A stretch of 62,781 nucleotides of DNA from a virus (taxonomy: Duplodnaviria; Caudoviricetes): positions 1 through 62,781 of IMG/VR virus record IMGVR_UViG_3300020171_000437; one strand, given 5' to 3'. Position numbers and translations under genes: made by a program. Positions 27,457 through 37,016 of the stretch are shown one piece after another (the first letter of the stretch is position 1; each line of letters opens with the position of its first letter). Under the pieces are notes generated by a model. That model searched no databases. It was given only the letters and a program-made list of their open reading frames with translations, and was not told the DNA's origin.

Positions 27457-28916
27457 TTGAACTTCAAGATTGGGCAGTGATTGACAAAAACGTTATGGAT
27501 GTGGCCAGGACTGGGATGTCAGATCCAAGCGAGTTCGGTTCGATTGTTGTTGCCTCAGACACAATCGCACCATCCGCGCCAACGTTCTCCATCGTTGCAG
27601 CGGCTGGGCAATTGGTTCTAACAATAGTCAGGCCGACAACGAGAGCGAATGGCGAGCCTCTGAACAACTTCAGAGAGTTTGCGATCTACCATTCGACGGC
27701 GGCGGCGATAGACATTTCTAATCCTGCAACATACGACGGGATCATCTATTCATCCAGCACTGAAGTTCCATATCCATGCACAGTTAAGACGTACTTCGTG
27801 ATAACGGCACTCAACACATTCAGCGTTGAGTCTTTGCCATCAGCAGAAGATAGCAAAACACCATTAGGGCTTGATGCTCTCGTAACAAACATTCCAGACG
27901 GCGCGACCAATCTAGTCTTCGATGATGCGGTGTCAGCAGACGGCATTGTCCTGGGTGACGGCATCATCGGCATTGCCTTCAAGCAGCCTGGTGTAGCGTG
28001 GGTCAACTTCGATAGATACCGGCTTGAATATGCGGTTAATACTGGCGCTGGATTCGGGGCATGGATAGCAATATCGAATGATTCAAGAACGGGGTATGTC
28101 CACAAGAACCTCAGCACTGCCTATGCCTACAAGTACCGTGCCTACATCGTTGCTACCGACGGAACAGAAAGTACGACACCTGACGTTGAGGACAACGCAA
28201 CGGCTGGCTTCACGCCAAACCAAGCCGACAATTCTGCCATCGTTGCCGTTCTTGTCCTGGCAGAGAACATCATTGCGACGAATGAGATTCGTGGAGAGCA
28301 TATCAAAGCAACTTCAACCATTACAGCCGGATCAGGCACTGATGTTGGAGTGCTAAATGGAGCGGACGCTACCTACAGAATTTATGCTGGCCACTCTACA
28401 CCTGCGTCCGCTCCATTCCGGGTGACAAAGGCGGGCAAACTGTATTGCACGGGAGCGGACATCAGAGGCACTTTGGTTGCCGATGATATCACATCTGGAA
28501 CGATGAACTTCGCAAGGATCTCAGCAGCATCTGTCTCAATAATTTCAGCCATGATGGCTAACAACTCAGTCGATAGGCCTGCGGTTGTAAATGGCGCGAT
28601 AAACGTGTCGAAGCTATACATAGACGGCGGGCTCGACATGGCGGCTGGAGGCGGGGTCAATGAAGTGTTCCATTGCAGTGCTGTCAGGGCAGACGGATTG
28701 GGCGGAACATTGAATGCCAACATTTTATTGGCAGCAACTGGCCTTTACTTACAATCTGGAACACAGGCAGGGAATGACGTTTACATAGCCTCTGTCGATG
28801 ACGTTTTTCTGGACGCTACCGGCCAGGTCAAAATCGTATCAATCCCCACGTCAGATCCAGGGGAAGCCGGTGCTTTGTGGAGCTACAACAGCTATGTGCG
28901 CATATCTGCAGGGTAG
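27453..28916 (+). CDS. Tail tip / central fibre protein
   Basis: FN3-like N-terminus, APFRVTKAG, ADDITSGT, C-terminal PTSDPGEAGALW. Confidence 0.7.
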   Translation: MIELQDWAVIDKNVMDVARTGMSDPSEFGSIVVASDTIAPSAPTFSIVAAAGQLVLTIVRPTTRANGEPLNNFREFAIYHSTAAAIDISNPATYDGIIYSSSTEVPYPCTVKTYFVITALNTFSVESLPSAEDSKTPLGLDALVTNIPDGATNLVFDDAVSADGIVLGDGIIGIAFKQPGVAWVNFDRYRLEYAVNTGAGFGAWIAISNDSRTGYVHKNLSTAYAYKYRAYIVATDGTESTTPDVEDNATAGFTPNQADNSAIVAVLVLAENIIATNEIRGEHIKATSTITAGSGTDVGVLNGADATYRIYAGHSTPASAPFRVTKAGKLYCTGADIRGTLVADDITSGTMNFARISAASVSIISAMMANNSVDRPAVVNGAINVSKLYIDGGLDMAAGGGVNEVFHCSAVRADGLGGTLNANILLAATGLYLQSGTQAGNDVYIASVDDVFLDATGQVKIVSIPTSDPGEAGALWSYNSYVRISAG

Positions 28917-28930
28917 GAGTTGGTGACAAA

Positions 28931-29404
28931 ATGAGCATACACGGATCATTACTTAGTGTCTCTTCGTTGGCAATCCTGCTCTTCTTCTTCTTTGCTGGTG
29001 CAGACATCGTACTCGACGACATCGAAATCGGAGTGTTCGTGGGCAGAGACAGCGTTTCTATCGGCATTCATCCTGAATTTCTTGTGTGGACAGACTCTAT
29101 GTGGTTTCGTAAGAATCTTGGTATGGGGGTAGCGCACGGGAACGTTGCTGTCTTATCGTCTCTTGCGAAGGACGAACTAGAAAGCTGGGACATGAGCTTC
29201 GATTGCGTCGTGGAGCATGAAAAGAGGCATCTTGAGCAATTCAGGGCGCTTGGTGAGTTTGCATGGCCAGCGCAATACATCCTGCCGATTGAACCAAAGA
29301 ACCGCGACTGGGATGACCCATCTGTCGAGCTTGCTGAAATGTGGTCTCCGCCAAAATGGTGGCCATTCTGGTGGACGTTTGTGATGCTTGAGATCAATAC
29401 TTGA
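28931..29404 (+). CDS. Membrane-anchored putative HExxH metallopeptidase
   Basis: N-terminal hydrophobic helix; VVEHEKRHLEQF. Confidence 0.55.
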   Translation: MSIHGSLLSVSSLAILLFFFFAGADIVLDDIEIGVFVGRDSVSIGIHPEFLVWTDSMWFRKNLGMGVAHGNVAVLSSLAKDELESWDMSFDCVVEHEKRHLEQFRALGEFAWPAQYILPIEPKNRDWDDPSVELAEMWSPPKWWPFWWTFVMLEINT

Positions 29405-29413
29405 AGGAGAGAC

Positions 29414-29746
29414 ATGCCTGAAGGAAAACTGACTGAACTTGAACACTACAAACTGACTTCACGCGAGATGGAGCTTTCTGCGATGGCCGAGAAAGAGGCG
29501 CGGATGATGGAATTGCAACGGAATGCGAATCTTACGATTGAACTCGCAGAGAGAGAGATTCTATCCCTGAAATCCGAGAGGGCGAATGCGATCCTTCGTA
29601 AGTCGTCATTGTTCAAAGAGATCGGGCAGCGACTTGAAGCTGTGGGCGATGTTGATAGCTGGGATGCCAGACTAGATCCCAAAAATCCAGAGAAAAGCAT
29701 TCTTATTTGGAAAGAAGCATTGAATGACGGATTGGCCTCTAATTAG
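29414..29746 (+). CDS. Coiled-coil hypothetical protein
   Basis: AAGGAG RBS; heptad pattern. Confidence 0.6.
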   Translation: MPEGKLTELEHYKLTSREMELSAMAEKEARMMELQRNANLTIELAEREILSLKSERANAILRKSSLFKEIGQRLEAVGDVDSWDARLDPKNPEKSILIWKEALNDGLASN

Positions 29747-29796
29747 AGATGATGCCGTGGAGACCCTGAACGAGGGGAGAGGAAGGTGCGGCAAGG

Positions 29797-30093
29797 ATGA
29801 TTAGTGCATGGTGGATAATTTTGGCGTTTGGCGGCGGGTTTATGATCGGGCTTCCTGTTGGTGCGTGTGTGAAGTTTCTGAGCACGAAAGAAACAATTCA
29901 GGGAGCATTTGCGTGGCTGATCTTGGCCGTTTGGGTTTGCAGCTTTACGGCGGCGGTTGTCATTGAAGAGTACCGGACACCGTTTGAGATTCATGCAGCA
30001 CTGGGGATGGTTGGCGGCTGGTTGTTTGGCCAAGGTCTAATTAGTGGGATAGTACGTCGAAACGGGGGGAAAAAAGATGAGGACAAGATTTGA
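29797..30093 (+). CDS. Three-TM membrane protein, holin-like
   Basis: Three hydrophobic segments, charged C-tail. Confidence 0.55.
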   Translation: MISAWWIILAFGGGFMIGLPVGACVKFLSTKETIQGAFAWLILAVWVCSFTAAVVIEEYRTPFEIHAALGMVGGWLFGQGLISGIVRRNGGKKDEDKI

Positions 30094-30544
30094 GCGGGTG
30101 AAGTATGGGCTCTTATTTGCTGCGCTGTTTGGTCTACTGTTCCCGGCGATTGCGTACGTAGTTGAGTTTTTGCCAGAATATGCTGATCGTCGGGCACCGG
30201 CATCTGATTGGATTCAGGTAATTGGTGCTAGGATTCTTTCGTATGACGAGGAGACGAGCATTGCGTGGTATCAGTGGCACAGACGGGCGGTGATGCCTCT
30301 AACGGTGCATGTGTATATTGATCTGATCAATGTTGTCGGCTCTGACAGTCAGTTGTGGTCTGTAGTCTACAAGGACGTTTACTACCAGGAAGGCGAGTAC
30401 AACTTTATGAACTTCCGGTTTGAGAACTTTCCTAATTTGCCACCAGGGGAATATCGGCTTTTGGGCCTTCTGTGTTTCAAGACTGAACGTGGAGTGGCCA
30501 AGCAGTTGACGTTCGAGTTTGATCCCTATATCGTGGAGGAATAA
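30077..30544 (+). CDS. Single-TM protein with extracytoplasmic beta domain
   Basis: N-terminal TM; LPPGEYRL. Confidence 0.6.
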   Translation: MRTRFERVKYGLLFAALFGLLFPAIAYVVEFLPEYADRRAPASDWIQVIGARILSYDEETSIAWYQWHRRAVMPLTVHVYIDLINVVGSDSQLWSVVYKDVYYQEGEYNFMNFRFENFPNLPPGEYRLLGLLCFKTERGVAKQLTFEFDPYIVEE

Positions 30545-30834
30545 TGGACGAAAATATTGTGAAGAAACTCATCGGTGATGCCCTTAGTGGCATCGCGGGC
30601 GCGTGGAAAGTGAAGCTGGGGTCTCGCAAGTTCATCGCGTACATTGCTGCCAACGTTCTGCTGATGGTGGCTGGATTTGCGAAACTCGTATCGTCAGATG
30701 ATTTTGCTGGCATCTTCAAGATCGTCACAATCGGCTATTGGGGGACTCAGGGCGGCATCGACGCCATCAAAGAACTTGGCAACATCCTGCAGAAGAAACG
30801 CAATGGAAACGGGGGGACTGTTATTGGGCAATAA
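30544..30834 (+). CDS. Holin-like membrane protein
   Basis: KLGSRKFI followed by two TM segments. Confidence 0.6.
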   Translation: MDENIVKKLIGDALSGIAGAWKVKLGSRKFIAYIAANVLLMVAGFAKLVSSDDFAGIFKIVTIGYWGTQGGIDAIKELGNILQKKRNGNGGTVIGQ

Positions 30835-30872
30835 ACCTGCTATAATGTATCGAATCGTGGAGGAGGTGAACC

Positions 30873-31139
30873 GTGAAGATGTTAAGTTGGATACCTGACG
30901 CACTGAAACTGTTGGGGGCACTTGCGCCATTCATTCGGGGACTCATCGAGTCTTTTGAAAGTCCTGGCCTTGGGCCGGAGAAGAAACAAATGGTTCTGGA
31001 GGCCGTCAAGGAATCTCTTGATAAACTAGAAATTCCAGCGGTAGTTCAGACGTTCATCATGTGGTTTGCAGATTGGCTTATAGACCGGATTGTCGAGCAA
31101 CTCAACAAGTCCGGAGTTTTCAAACACCAGGAGGTGTAG
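30873..31139 (+). CDS. Hypothetical protein, holin-associated type
   Basis: GPEKKQMVL...IDRIVEQLN; GGAGGAGG RBS; TGcTATAAT at 30838-30846. Confidence 0.55.
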   Translation: MKMLSWIPDALKLLGALAPFIRGLIESFESPGLGPEKKQMVLEAVKESLDKLEIPAVVQTFIMWFADWLIDRIVEQLNKSGVFKHQEV

Positions 31140-31143
31140 CAGT

Positions 31144-31611
31144 ATGAAACGAGCATTAGTTCTATCCCTGATTTACCTGTTTGGGCTGTCATTGACAGCA
31201 TTTGGTTTCTTCGGATTCGGATACACGCACGCAATTCCCGACAACGATGCAAAGCTGTTTGCTGGGTTTGATTTCGGGCCTGACAACTCGCAGTTCAACA
31301 TCGACGGCTATCTTGGCGATATTTGGGGGACTGGCGGCGGCGGCAATTCTTTGATGTTCCTCGGCCTCAACGCATTCTACATTGGCGAATCAGAGCCTTT
31401 CGACATTGAAGTTGGCGCATACATGGAGTCAACAAAGCTCGTAGACTGGCCCGCTGTCACCTTAGCAGACGCAGGATTCTACGGAGATATGACGATACAT
31501 GTCCTCGACAACGAAACACTTAAATGGGACTTGTTCGCATCCTTGAATCTTGACGTAACTGGCGGGAACCTTGGCCTCGGCGCTGAGTTCGGGTTTGAAG
31601 TCAATCTTTGA
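31144..31611 (+). CDS. Secreted putative outer-membrane beta-barrel protein
   Basis: Signal peptide; alternating amphipathic strands; ends GAEFGFEVNL. Confidence 0.55.
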   Translation: MKRALVLSLIYLFGLSLTAFGFFGFGYTHAIPDNDAKLFAGFDFGPDNSQFNIDGYLGDIWGTGGGGNSLMFLGLNAFYIGESEPFDIEVGAYMESTKLVDWPAVTLADAGFYGDMTIHVLDNETLKWDLFASLNLDVTGGNLGLGAEFGFEVNL

Positions 31612-31683
31612 CTAGCCCCGGCACCGACAGGAACGATTGTCGGCGACGTGCGATACCCGTAGAGCAGGACTGATCGACAATAA

Positions 31684-31709
31684 GGGGCCTCTTCGGGGGC
31701 CCCATTTTC
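31684..31709 (+). terminator. Intrinsic terminator
   Basis: GGGGCCTC-TTCG-GGGGCCCC-ATTTTC. Confidence 0.7.
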
Positions 31710-31720
31710 TAGGAGGACCA

Positions 31721-32164
31721 ATGAAATTAACTAAACTAGCTGCACTTGGAATTATGGCGGTGGTGGCACTCGCACTCGCGGGATGCTTCCCTCCAACCAT
31801 AGTGCCCCCTGGCGATCCAGTCCCACCCGTTCTCACCCTTCCAGTAGCGGCGTTTTCCTACTCCGCGCTAGAGAGTCCTATCCAGACAGATTCGTTAGTG
31901 AGATTCAACGGATCAGCGTCTTACGCCCCTGATGGAGAGATCATGTGGGGGCGTTGGGATTTTGATGATGACACAGTCATTGAAGGCCAGTGGACGAAGA
32001 TGGTTTCTCGGTGGGAGAACGGCAAAGAAGTGTGGGAGAAGGAGTCTGTCCGAAGAGAAGTGACTCATGCCTACGACACAATTGGAACCTATGCAGTCAT
32101 GCTGACCGTATGGGATGGAGAAGGGAATCAATCATCGAAGACCCGCAACGTCCGTGTGAGATAG
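31721..32164 (+). CDS. PKD-domain lipoprotein
   Basis: Lipobox LAGC; PVAAF, FNGSASY.PDG, WDFDD, THAY...GTYAVMLTV.D. Confidence 0.85.
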   Translation: MKLTKLAALGIMAVVALALAGCFPPTIVPPGDPVPPVLTLPVAAFSYSALESPIQTDSLVRFNGSASYAPDGEIMWGRWDFDDDTVIEGQWTKMVSRWENGKEVWEKESVRREVTHAYDTIGTYAVMLTVWDGEGNQSSKTRNVRVR

Positions 32165-32186
32165 AGGACGACATTGGAGGGGAATC

Positions 32187-33083
32187 ATGAAGCTGAAACT
32201 GCTTGCTTTGCTTTGCTGTATGGCGGTCCTCGGAGGATGTTCTTTCTTCGACGACCCTATTGAACTTGTTGTAACTGCTGAGAGGCTGGCTGCTCACCCG
32301 CCAGCGACTATTGCTATCCGAGCCGACCTGCTTCCAGGTTGGCATTTTGTATTTAAGACAGATGTGAGAACGTTTGAGCCGGGGACCAATGAACAGATCA
32401 TCACGTTCTATATGTTGCCTGCTATTGTGACCGTCACGGCATCCAAGGCTGGAGAAGTTGATAGAAAAGGCGAGGTGTTCATCGACCTGATAAACAGTCC
32501 GGTGAACATGGACGACAGGCCGTTCGTGGCCAGCTATGGGTATATTCAGGGGGGGACTCTCCCAAACGCATTTAAGAGCCTTCTCAGCCCATTACACGCC
32601 AGTCCTTCGGGAGATCACTTCCTCTCTCCGCTCTCTTACGAAGTGTTCTTCTGTGAAAGAGATGAGGGCGAGCCGTTCTGGCCTGGGGACATCTCTCTTG
32701 ACTGGGGATTCTACGATCCTGACGGCGATGACTGGAAGATCGTTGAGGTTGTGGCTTGGTATGAAGCCGCTGGAATCAACGGAGCCGACGCAGTGTTTGC
32801 GTCAGTCCCTTACAGAGGCGCAGGCTTCTACGAGTTCAAGGGCCATGACGATGCGTTCCTGATCATCCCAAGCTGGCCTCAGATCATCGACACGGAGACC
32901 TATCTGTACAAGGCTCCTCCGGGTGGAGTGCCGGGATATCCTAGCGTCTGTCATGAATATGATTGCAGCGTTAGTCCCTATCCTGAGCAAGACTACTTTG
33001 TGCGGATCACGACCGAGGACGCGTTTGGGGCAAGGAATACCAAGACGTTCAAGTATCGGTTGTTGCCGACTGGGTGTTACTAA
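32187..33083 (+). CDS. Lipoprotein, unknown function
   Basis: Lipobox LGGC after hydrophobic core. Confidence 0.75.
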   Translation: MKLKLLALLCCMAVLGGCSFFDDPIELVVTAERLAAHPPATIAIRADLLPGWHFVFKTDVRTFEPGTNEQIITFYMLPAIVTVTASKAGEVDRKGEVFIDLINSPVNMDDRPFVASYGYIQGGTLPNAFKSLLSPLHASPSGDHFLSPLSYEVFFCERDEGEPFWPGDISLDWGFYDPDGDDWKIVEVVAWYEAAGINGADAVFASVPYRGAGFYEFKGHDDAFLIIPSWPQIIDTETYLYKAPPGGVPGYPSVCHEYDCSVSPYPEQDYFVRITTEDAFGARNTKTFKYRLLPTGCY

Positions 33084-33286
33084 TGAAAAACATGGGCTTC
33101 ATCACATCAAAAGAGTGTCTGTCTCCTGAGCAAGCTGACGAAATCATGGCTGCGTGGGGGGCTGGTCGTGTCGGATTGCGAAAACGATCGTTGTTGAGGA
33201 AGCTGTTGGATCGGCGCAGACGAAAGAGATACAAGCTCTGTCGGAAGGAAATGGTCAACTGGAATAAACTGTTCTACGAGAATTGA
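33083..33286 (+). CDS. Small basic hypothetical protein
   Basis: TAATG coupling. Confidence 0.5.
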   Translation: MKNMGFITSKECLSPEQADEIMAAWGAGRVGLRKRSLLRKLLDRRRRKRYKLCRKEMVNWNKLFYEN

Positions 33287-33291
33287 GGACT

Positions 33292-33666
33292 ATGATGCCA
33301 AAGAAGAAGCAAGAGAAATGGCAATTACTTCGTCACGATAACATCTCGTATGCGAACATCAAACGGTCGCGGGTGCAAGGACTGATCCTCAAAGGGCCAC
33401 TCAATCGAAGCGAGTTGCTGCTTGCCGGACATGAGGCACTTGCCTTTGCGGCAACGTATATGCCGGATGTTCAAGGCATCGCTTTGTTCCTCTGGACCGA
33501 CCGCAAAAAGGTTGGCAAGGAGGAGGCAGTTGCTTCCGTACATTGGTGCCCTCATGGCCATTGGGAATGGCTGGGGCAGTATCCAGTGACGGACAACATA
33601 TTTGAAGTGGAATTTGACAGGCAGAGCGAGGAGGAGAGTGATGCCGAAAGGAGTATATCCACATAA
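33292..33666 (+). CDS. Hypothetical protein
   Basis: GAGGA RBS; within operon. Confidence 0.55.
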   Translation: MMPKKKQEKWQLLRHDNISYANIKRSRVQGLILKGPLNRSELLLAGHEALAFAATYMPDVQGIALFLWTDRKKVGKEEAVASVHWCPHGHWEWLGQYPVTDNIFEVEFDRQSEEESDAERSIST

Positions 33667-34129
33667 ACGAAGACCTTTAGCTAATAAATTTTGGGAAAAG
33701 GTTGACAAGAAAGGCCCAAATGACTGTTGGGAATGGACAGGCAGTAAAATCCTGGCTGGCTATGGGAAGATTAATGTGAGCGGTAAAACTGTCAGTGCTC
33801 ATCGCATTTCTTGGGAGATGGCTAACGATCCTATTCCAAAAGGAATGTGTGTTCTGCATCACTGTGACAATAAGGCTTGCGTGAATCCTGCGCATCTTTT
33901 CCTCGGCACGAACGCAGATAATAGCCGTGATATGACAGAAAAGGAGCGTCAAGCTCGTGGCGAGGCAAACGGAGAATCTAAACTCACAGAACAAGACATT
34001 CACGAGATCCGTGTTTTCTTAGATGCTGGATATATTCAAAGTGAAATCGCAGAGGGGTATGGGGTGGGCCATGTGGCAATTCACTATATCAAGACAGGCT
34101 ATAGATGGGGCTGGCTTACGGAGGGATAA
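33641..34129 (+). CDS. HNH homing endonuclease
   Basis: CWEWTG, AHRISW, HHCDNKACVNPAHLFLGTNADN, C-terminal KLTE HTH. Confidence 0.93.
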   Translation: MPKGVYPHKRRPLANKFWEKVDKKGPNDCWEWTGSKILAGYGKINVSGKTVSAHRISWEMANDPIPKGMCVLHHCDNKACVNPAHLFLGTNADNSRDMTEKERQARGEANGESKLTEQDIHEIRVFLDAGYIQSEIAEGYGVGHVAIHYIKTGYRWGWLTEG

Positions 34130-34368
34130 TGGAAAAACTACTGATAGAAATGCCAGAAGAAGATGGTTTGCCGCAAATTCAACTTAATGGTAAAAACATT
34201 ACTCAAACAGTTGCTGCGATCATAATAAAAATGAAGCCTGGTGATTGCTCTATTCTTATCCATCTTCAGGCTGATCCAGACAATTCCAACTCACCGTCTG
34301 CAATGTTAGGAGCGCGATTTAAGGGGACGATCAACCTTGAGCTCAACGACTTCCCAATCAGGCACTAG
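34129..34368 (+). CDS. Hypothetical protein
   Basis: TAATG coupling; GGAGG RBS. Confidence 0.5.
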   Translation: MEKLLIEMPEEDGLPQIQLNGKNITQTVAAIIIKMKPGDCSILIHLQADPDNSNSPSAMLGARFKGTINLELNDFPIRH

Positions 34369-36070
34369 CCTCCCAGAATTGCTGGCACGGGTGCGCGGAC
34401 AAGCTGGGCGCGGGCCGTATCAATTTGCTCGCGCCTTTCGTGTCTTCCCCGGAGGATTGAGCTACGGCATCTTCCACAAGCCTCGTTTCTATCCATTCTT
34501 GTGGGAAGTGTATGAGGCATTACGCAATCTTCCTCAGTCTGGATCAGTTGTGGTGATGAAGTGCGCACAGACTGGATGGACTGAGACGGCACTGAATCTT
34601 GCTCTGTGGTTTATGGCGTTCAGGCGTGAAGGCGTTCTCTATATGCTGCCTACTGAGTCTCAGCTTTCCGACTTTTCTCAAGCTCGCATCACACCAATCA
34701 TTGCTCTGTCTCCAGTGTTCAGGGACGCATTCAGTAGTGCTGACAACGTTGGTCTAAAGCTAGCATTTGGATTTCCAATATATCTGCGTGGTGCGCGGTC
34801 TACAGACAAGCTAAGAGAGATCCCGGTTGGGCTTGTTATCCGTGATGAGTATGACGTAATGGACAAAGGAGGGGCAGCACAGGCACTCAGCAGATTGGGA
34901 GCCAGCCAGAACAAGTGGGTATACGACATCAGTAACCCAACATTTCCAACAGAGACTGGTATCTTCGGTCGCTACATGGCTGGCACTCAAGAAGAGTTTG
35001 TCATCAAGTGCCCACGATGTGATCTCATAGCCGCACCGACATGGCCGGATAGCTACAACGAGAAGATGCCATACTCGATTGTCTGTCCTGATTGTAAGAC
35101 GCTACTGAATCTTGAAGAACGTTGGGCAAAGAAGGCTGCGTATTGGCAGGCGAACAATCCAACGGCTAGATATAGATCGTTCCATATGAACCAACTCATC
35201 TCACCAACTGTACAGCCTTGGGAAATCATGCAGCAATGGGAAGAAGCACAAGGCGAGATTGGGAAGATGCAGACCTTCTATAACATGACACTGGGCCTTC
35301 CTTATGCTCCAGCCGGATCACGCATCACGGCAGACATCATTCGGCAATTGCCGCGTGGTGAGAGCATGTTGCCGGGGAGTCCTGGCCCTTGTTGCATGGG
35401 CGTCGATGTCGGCGGCAAGTTACATGCGGTTGTCAGGCGAATGGATGGCGGCATCGTGTGGGTAGGTGCCTGCACATGGGAGATCATGGCAAGGCTCATG
35501 CACTCCTACAACGTCACCCACTGTGGCATCGACATTGCGCCAGAGACAAGAAAGGCAAAAGAGTTTGCAACCTTCTTCCCAGGCAGAGTGACACTGATTC
35601 GGTACAAACCGAGTTCGACTGCCACGGGCCAGGACGAAGCCGAGGAAGAGGGGCTTCGCAAGATCAACATCTCGCGCACAGAGGCGCTGGATAAAGGGAT
35701 GTCCCGTTTCCTCGCTCTCGAAGAGACGGTGCCTACTAATTTGCCAGAAGAGTTCTGGCGGCATATCATGGCATTGACGCGAGTAATCATTGAAGATGGA
35801 GATAAGGTCTACGCAGCATGGGAGAAGGATGGGCCGGATCACTATGCACACGCATTTGCGTATTCGGAAATTGTAAGAAAATCAGGTGGGGTATATGCAA
35901 CATCACAGATCTTCCCGCCAGGAGCAAGTAGGAGGAAAGAAAATGTCGGAGAACACCCCGGAGACATATCAAGGAACAAAGAAGGCGTCCTTATGGAAAG
36001 TCTCGATTTCGGACAAGAGCGGATTGACCAGCTCGGAGGGCCTCGCCGTCCTGGCAGATTCCAAGGTTGA
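34337..36070 (+). CDS. terL: Terminase large subunit, GpA family
   Basis: VVMKCAQTGWTE, YMLPT, IRDEYD, ISNPT, CxxC pairs, FYNMTLGLPY, MGVDVG, DHYAHA. Confidence 0.92.
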   Translation: MSSTTSQSGTSLPELLARVRGQAGRGPYQFARAFRVFPGGLSYGIFHKPRFYPFLWEVYEALRNLPQSGSVVVMKCAQTGWTETALNLALWFMAFRREGVLYMLPTESQLSDFSQARITPIIALSPVFRDAFSSADNVGLKLAFGFPIYLRGARSTDKLREIPVGLVIRDEYDVMDKGGAAQALSRLGASQNKWVYDISNPTFPTETGIFGRYMAGTQEEFVIKCPRCDLIAAPTWPDSYNEKMPYSIVCPDCKTLLNLEERWAKKAAYWQANNPTARYRSFHMNQLISPTVQPWEIMQQWEEAQGEIGKMQTFYNMTLGLPYAPAGSRITADIIRQLPRGESMLPGSPGPCCMGVDVGGKLHAVVRRMDGGIVWVGACTWEIMARLMHSYNVTHCGIDIAPETRKAKEFATFFPGRVTLIRYKPSSTATGQDEAEEEGLRKINISRTEALDKGMSRFLALEETVPTNLPEEFWRHIMALTRVIIEDGDKVYAAWEKDGPDHYAHAFAYSEIVRKSGGVYATSQIFPPGASRRKENVGEHPGDISRNKEGVLMESLDFGQERIDQLGGPRRPGRFQG

Positions 36071-36170
36071 AGCAAAGAAAGACGTGCGGGTGCTGGCAGA
36101 GATGACCAGAATGGGTCTCACATCGAAGACAGCAAAGATCGTCATTGAAGAAGTCTGCCCTGTCTTGTAA
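35943..36170 (+). CDS. Hypothetical protein overlapping terL 3' end
   Basis: AGGAGG RBS before ATG at 35943. Confidence 0.5.
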   Translation: MSENTPETYQGTKKASLWKVSISDKSGLTSSEGLAVLADSKVEAKKDVRVLAEMTRMGLTSKTAKIVIEEVCPVL

Positions 36171-36176
36171 TGGGGA

Positions 36177-36206
36177 TTGGCATAACGCAACGGTTTGTGG
36201 TACACT
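36177..36206 (+). promoter_or_regulatory. Sigma70-like promoter
   Basis: TTGGCA-18-TGgTACACT. Confidence 0.55.
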
Positions 36207-36233
36207 GACGGGGATATTTACCGGAGGTGTTAT

Positions 36234-36431
36234 ATGCCACAGAAGAATGAAGATGCGATTAGCATTTACGTGAGCCAGGAGAAGCAAGAGAAGAAGATTG
36301 TTCCACGACTGAACGCACTGGCGAAGGCACAGAAGCGGACGGCCAACTGGCTAGTGAACGAAGCGATCGAGCAATATCTTGAGCGCGAGGAACGGAGGAT
36401 AGAGGACAGCGCAGTCAGGATTAGGGGGTGA
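36234..36431 (+). CDS. Ribbon-helix-helix regulator
   Basis: ISIYV...RLNALAKAQKRTANWLVNEAIEQYL. Confidence 0.8.
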   Translation: MPQKNEDAISIYVSQEKQEKKIVPRLNALAKAQKRTANWLVNEAIEQYLEREERRIEDSAVRIRG

Positions 36432-36435
36432 CGGA

Positions 36436-36627
36436 ATGGCATGGGATCAAGCGAAGGTTGAGGCAGCGTTCTCAACATTAAGCGATTCTCTTGGTTGCAA
36501 TTACTCTGTGTCTATCGAAACCAACGCTGACACGGAAGAACTAGAACCAGTTGATGGATTTAGGAGTTACAAGATTGTACCAGATAGCCATAAGGCGATC
36601 ATCACGATCACCAAGAAAGAAGGATAG
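36436..36627 (+). CDS. Hypothetical protein
   Basis: GGGGG RBS; last plus-strand ORF before convergence. Confidence 0.5.
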   Translation: MAWDQAKVEAAFSTLSDSLGCNYSVSIETNADTEELEPVDGFRSYKIVPDSHKAIITITKKEG

Positions 36628-36647
36628 CCGAACGTTCGGCTTGTGTT

Positions 36648-37016
36648 TTACCCTTTTCCATGCGAATCGAGGGCAGCGAACCCTGGCTGTCCTCTTCGCT
36701 TTAGAAGTTCGTTGATTTGTTCCATGCAGGCCATCGGATCTTTCTTGAGCATCCCGTCGGTGTAGCGAAGAACAACCCATCCCATCGAAGATGCCATGTT
36801 GTATTTCTCGCAGTCTTTCTCGAAGCCTACGCCACGAACATGTCTGCCACTAGAATGCACAGCCCCTTCTAATTCAACACAAACCAACTGTTCGGGCCAT
36901 GCTGCGTCCATCCGCCACTTTCTTGTAGAATGAAACCTATACTCGCACTCCCAAGGAGGTAGCTTGGCAATGCGAGCATAGTGTTCAAATGTTCTTTCCA
37001 GATCTGATTTTGCCAT
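36648..37016 (-). CDS. PD-(D/E)XK / Vsr-like nuclease, possible junction resolvase
   Basis: EYRFH..RKWRMD.AWP...VELEG..H...EKYN...GW.VLR. Confidence 0.85.
   Translation of the reverse strand: MAKSDLERTFEHYARIAKLPPWECEYRFHSTRKWRMDAAWPEQLVCVELEGAVHSSGRHVRGVGFEKDCEKYNMASSMGWVVLRYTDGMLKKDPMACMEQINELLKRRGQPGFAALDSHGKG

Noticed and set aside
34550-34590. Defective Walker A in TerL (GWT instead of GKT)
   Set aside because: GpA-family terminases use the upstream lysine (KSAR/KCAQ type), so the motif is normal
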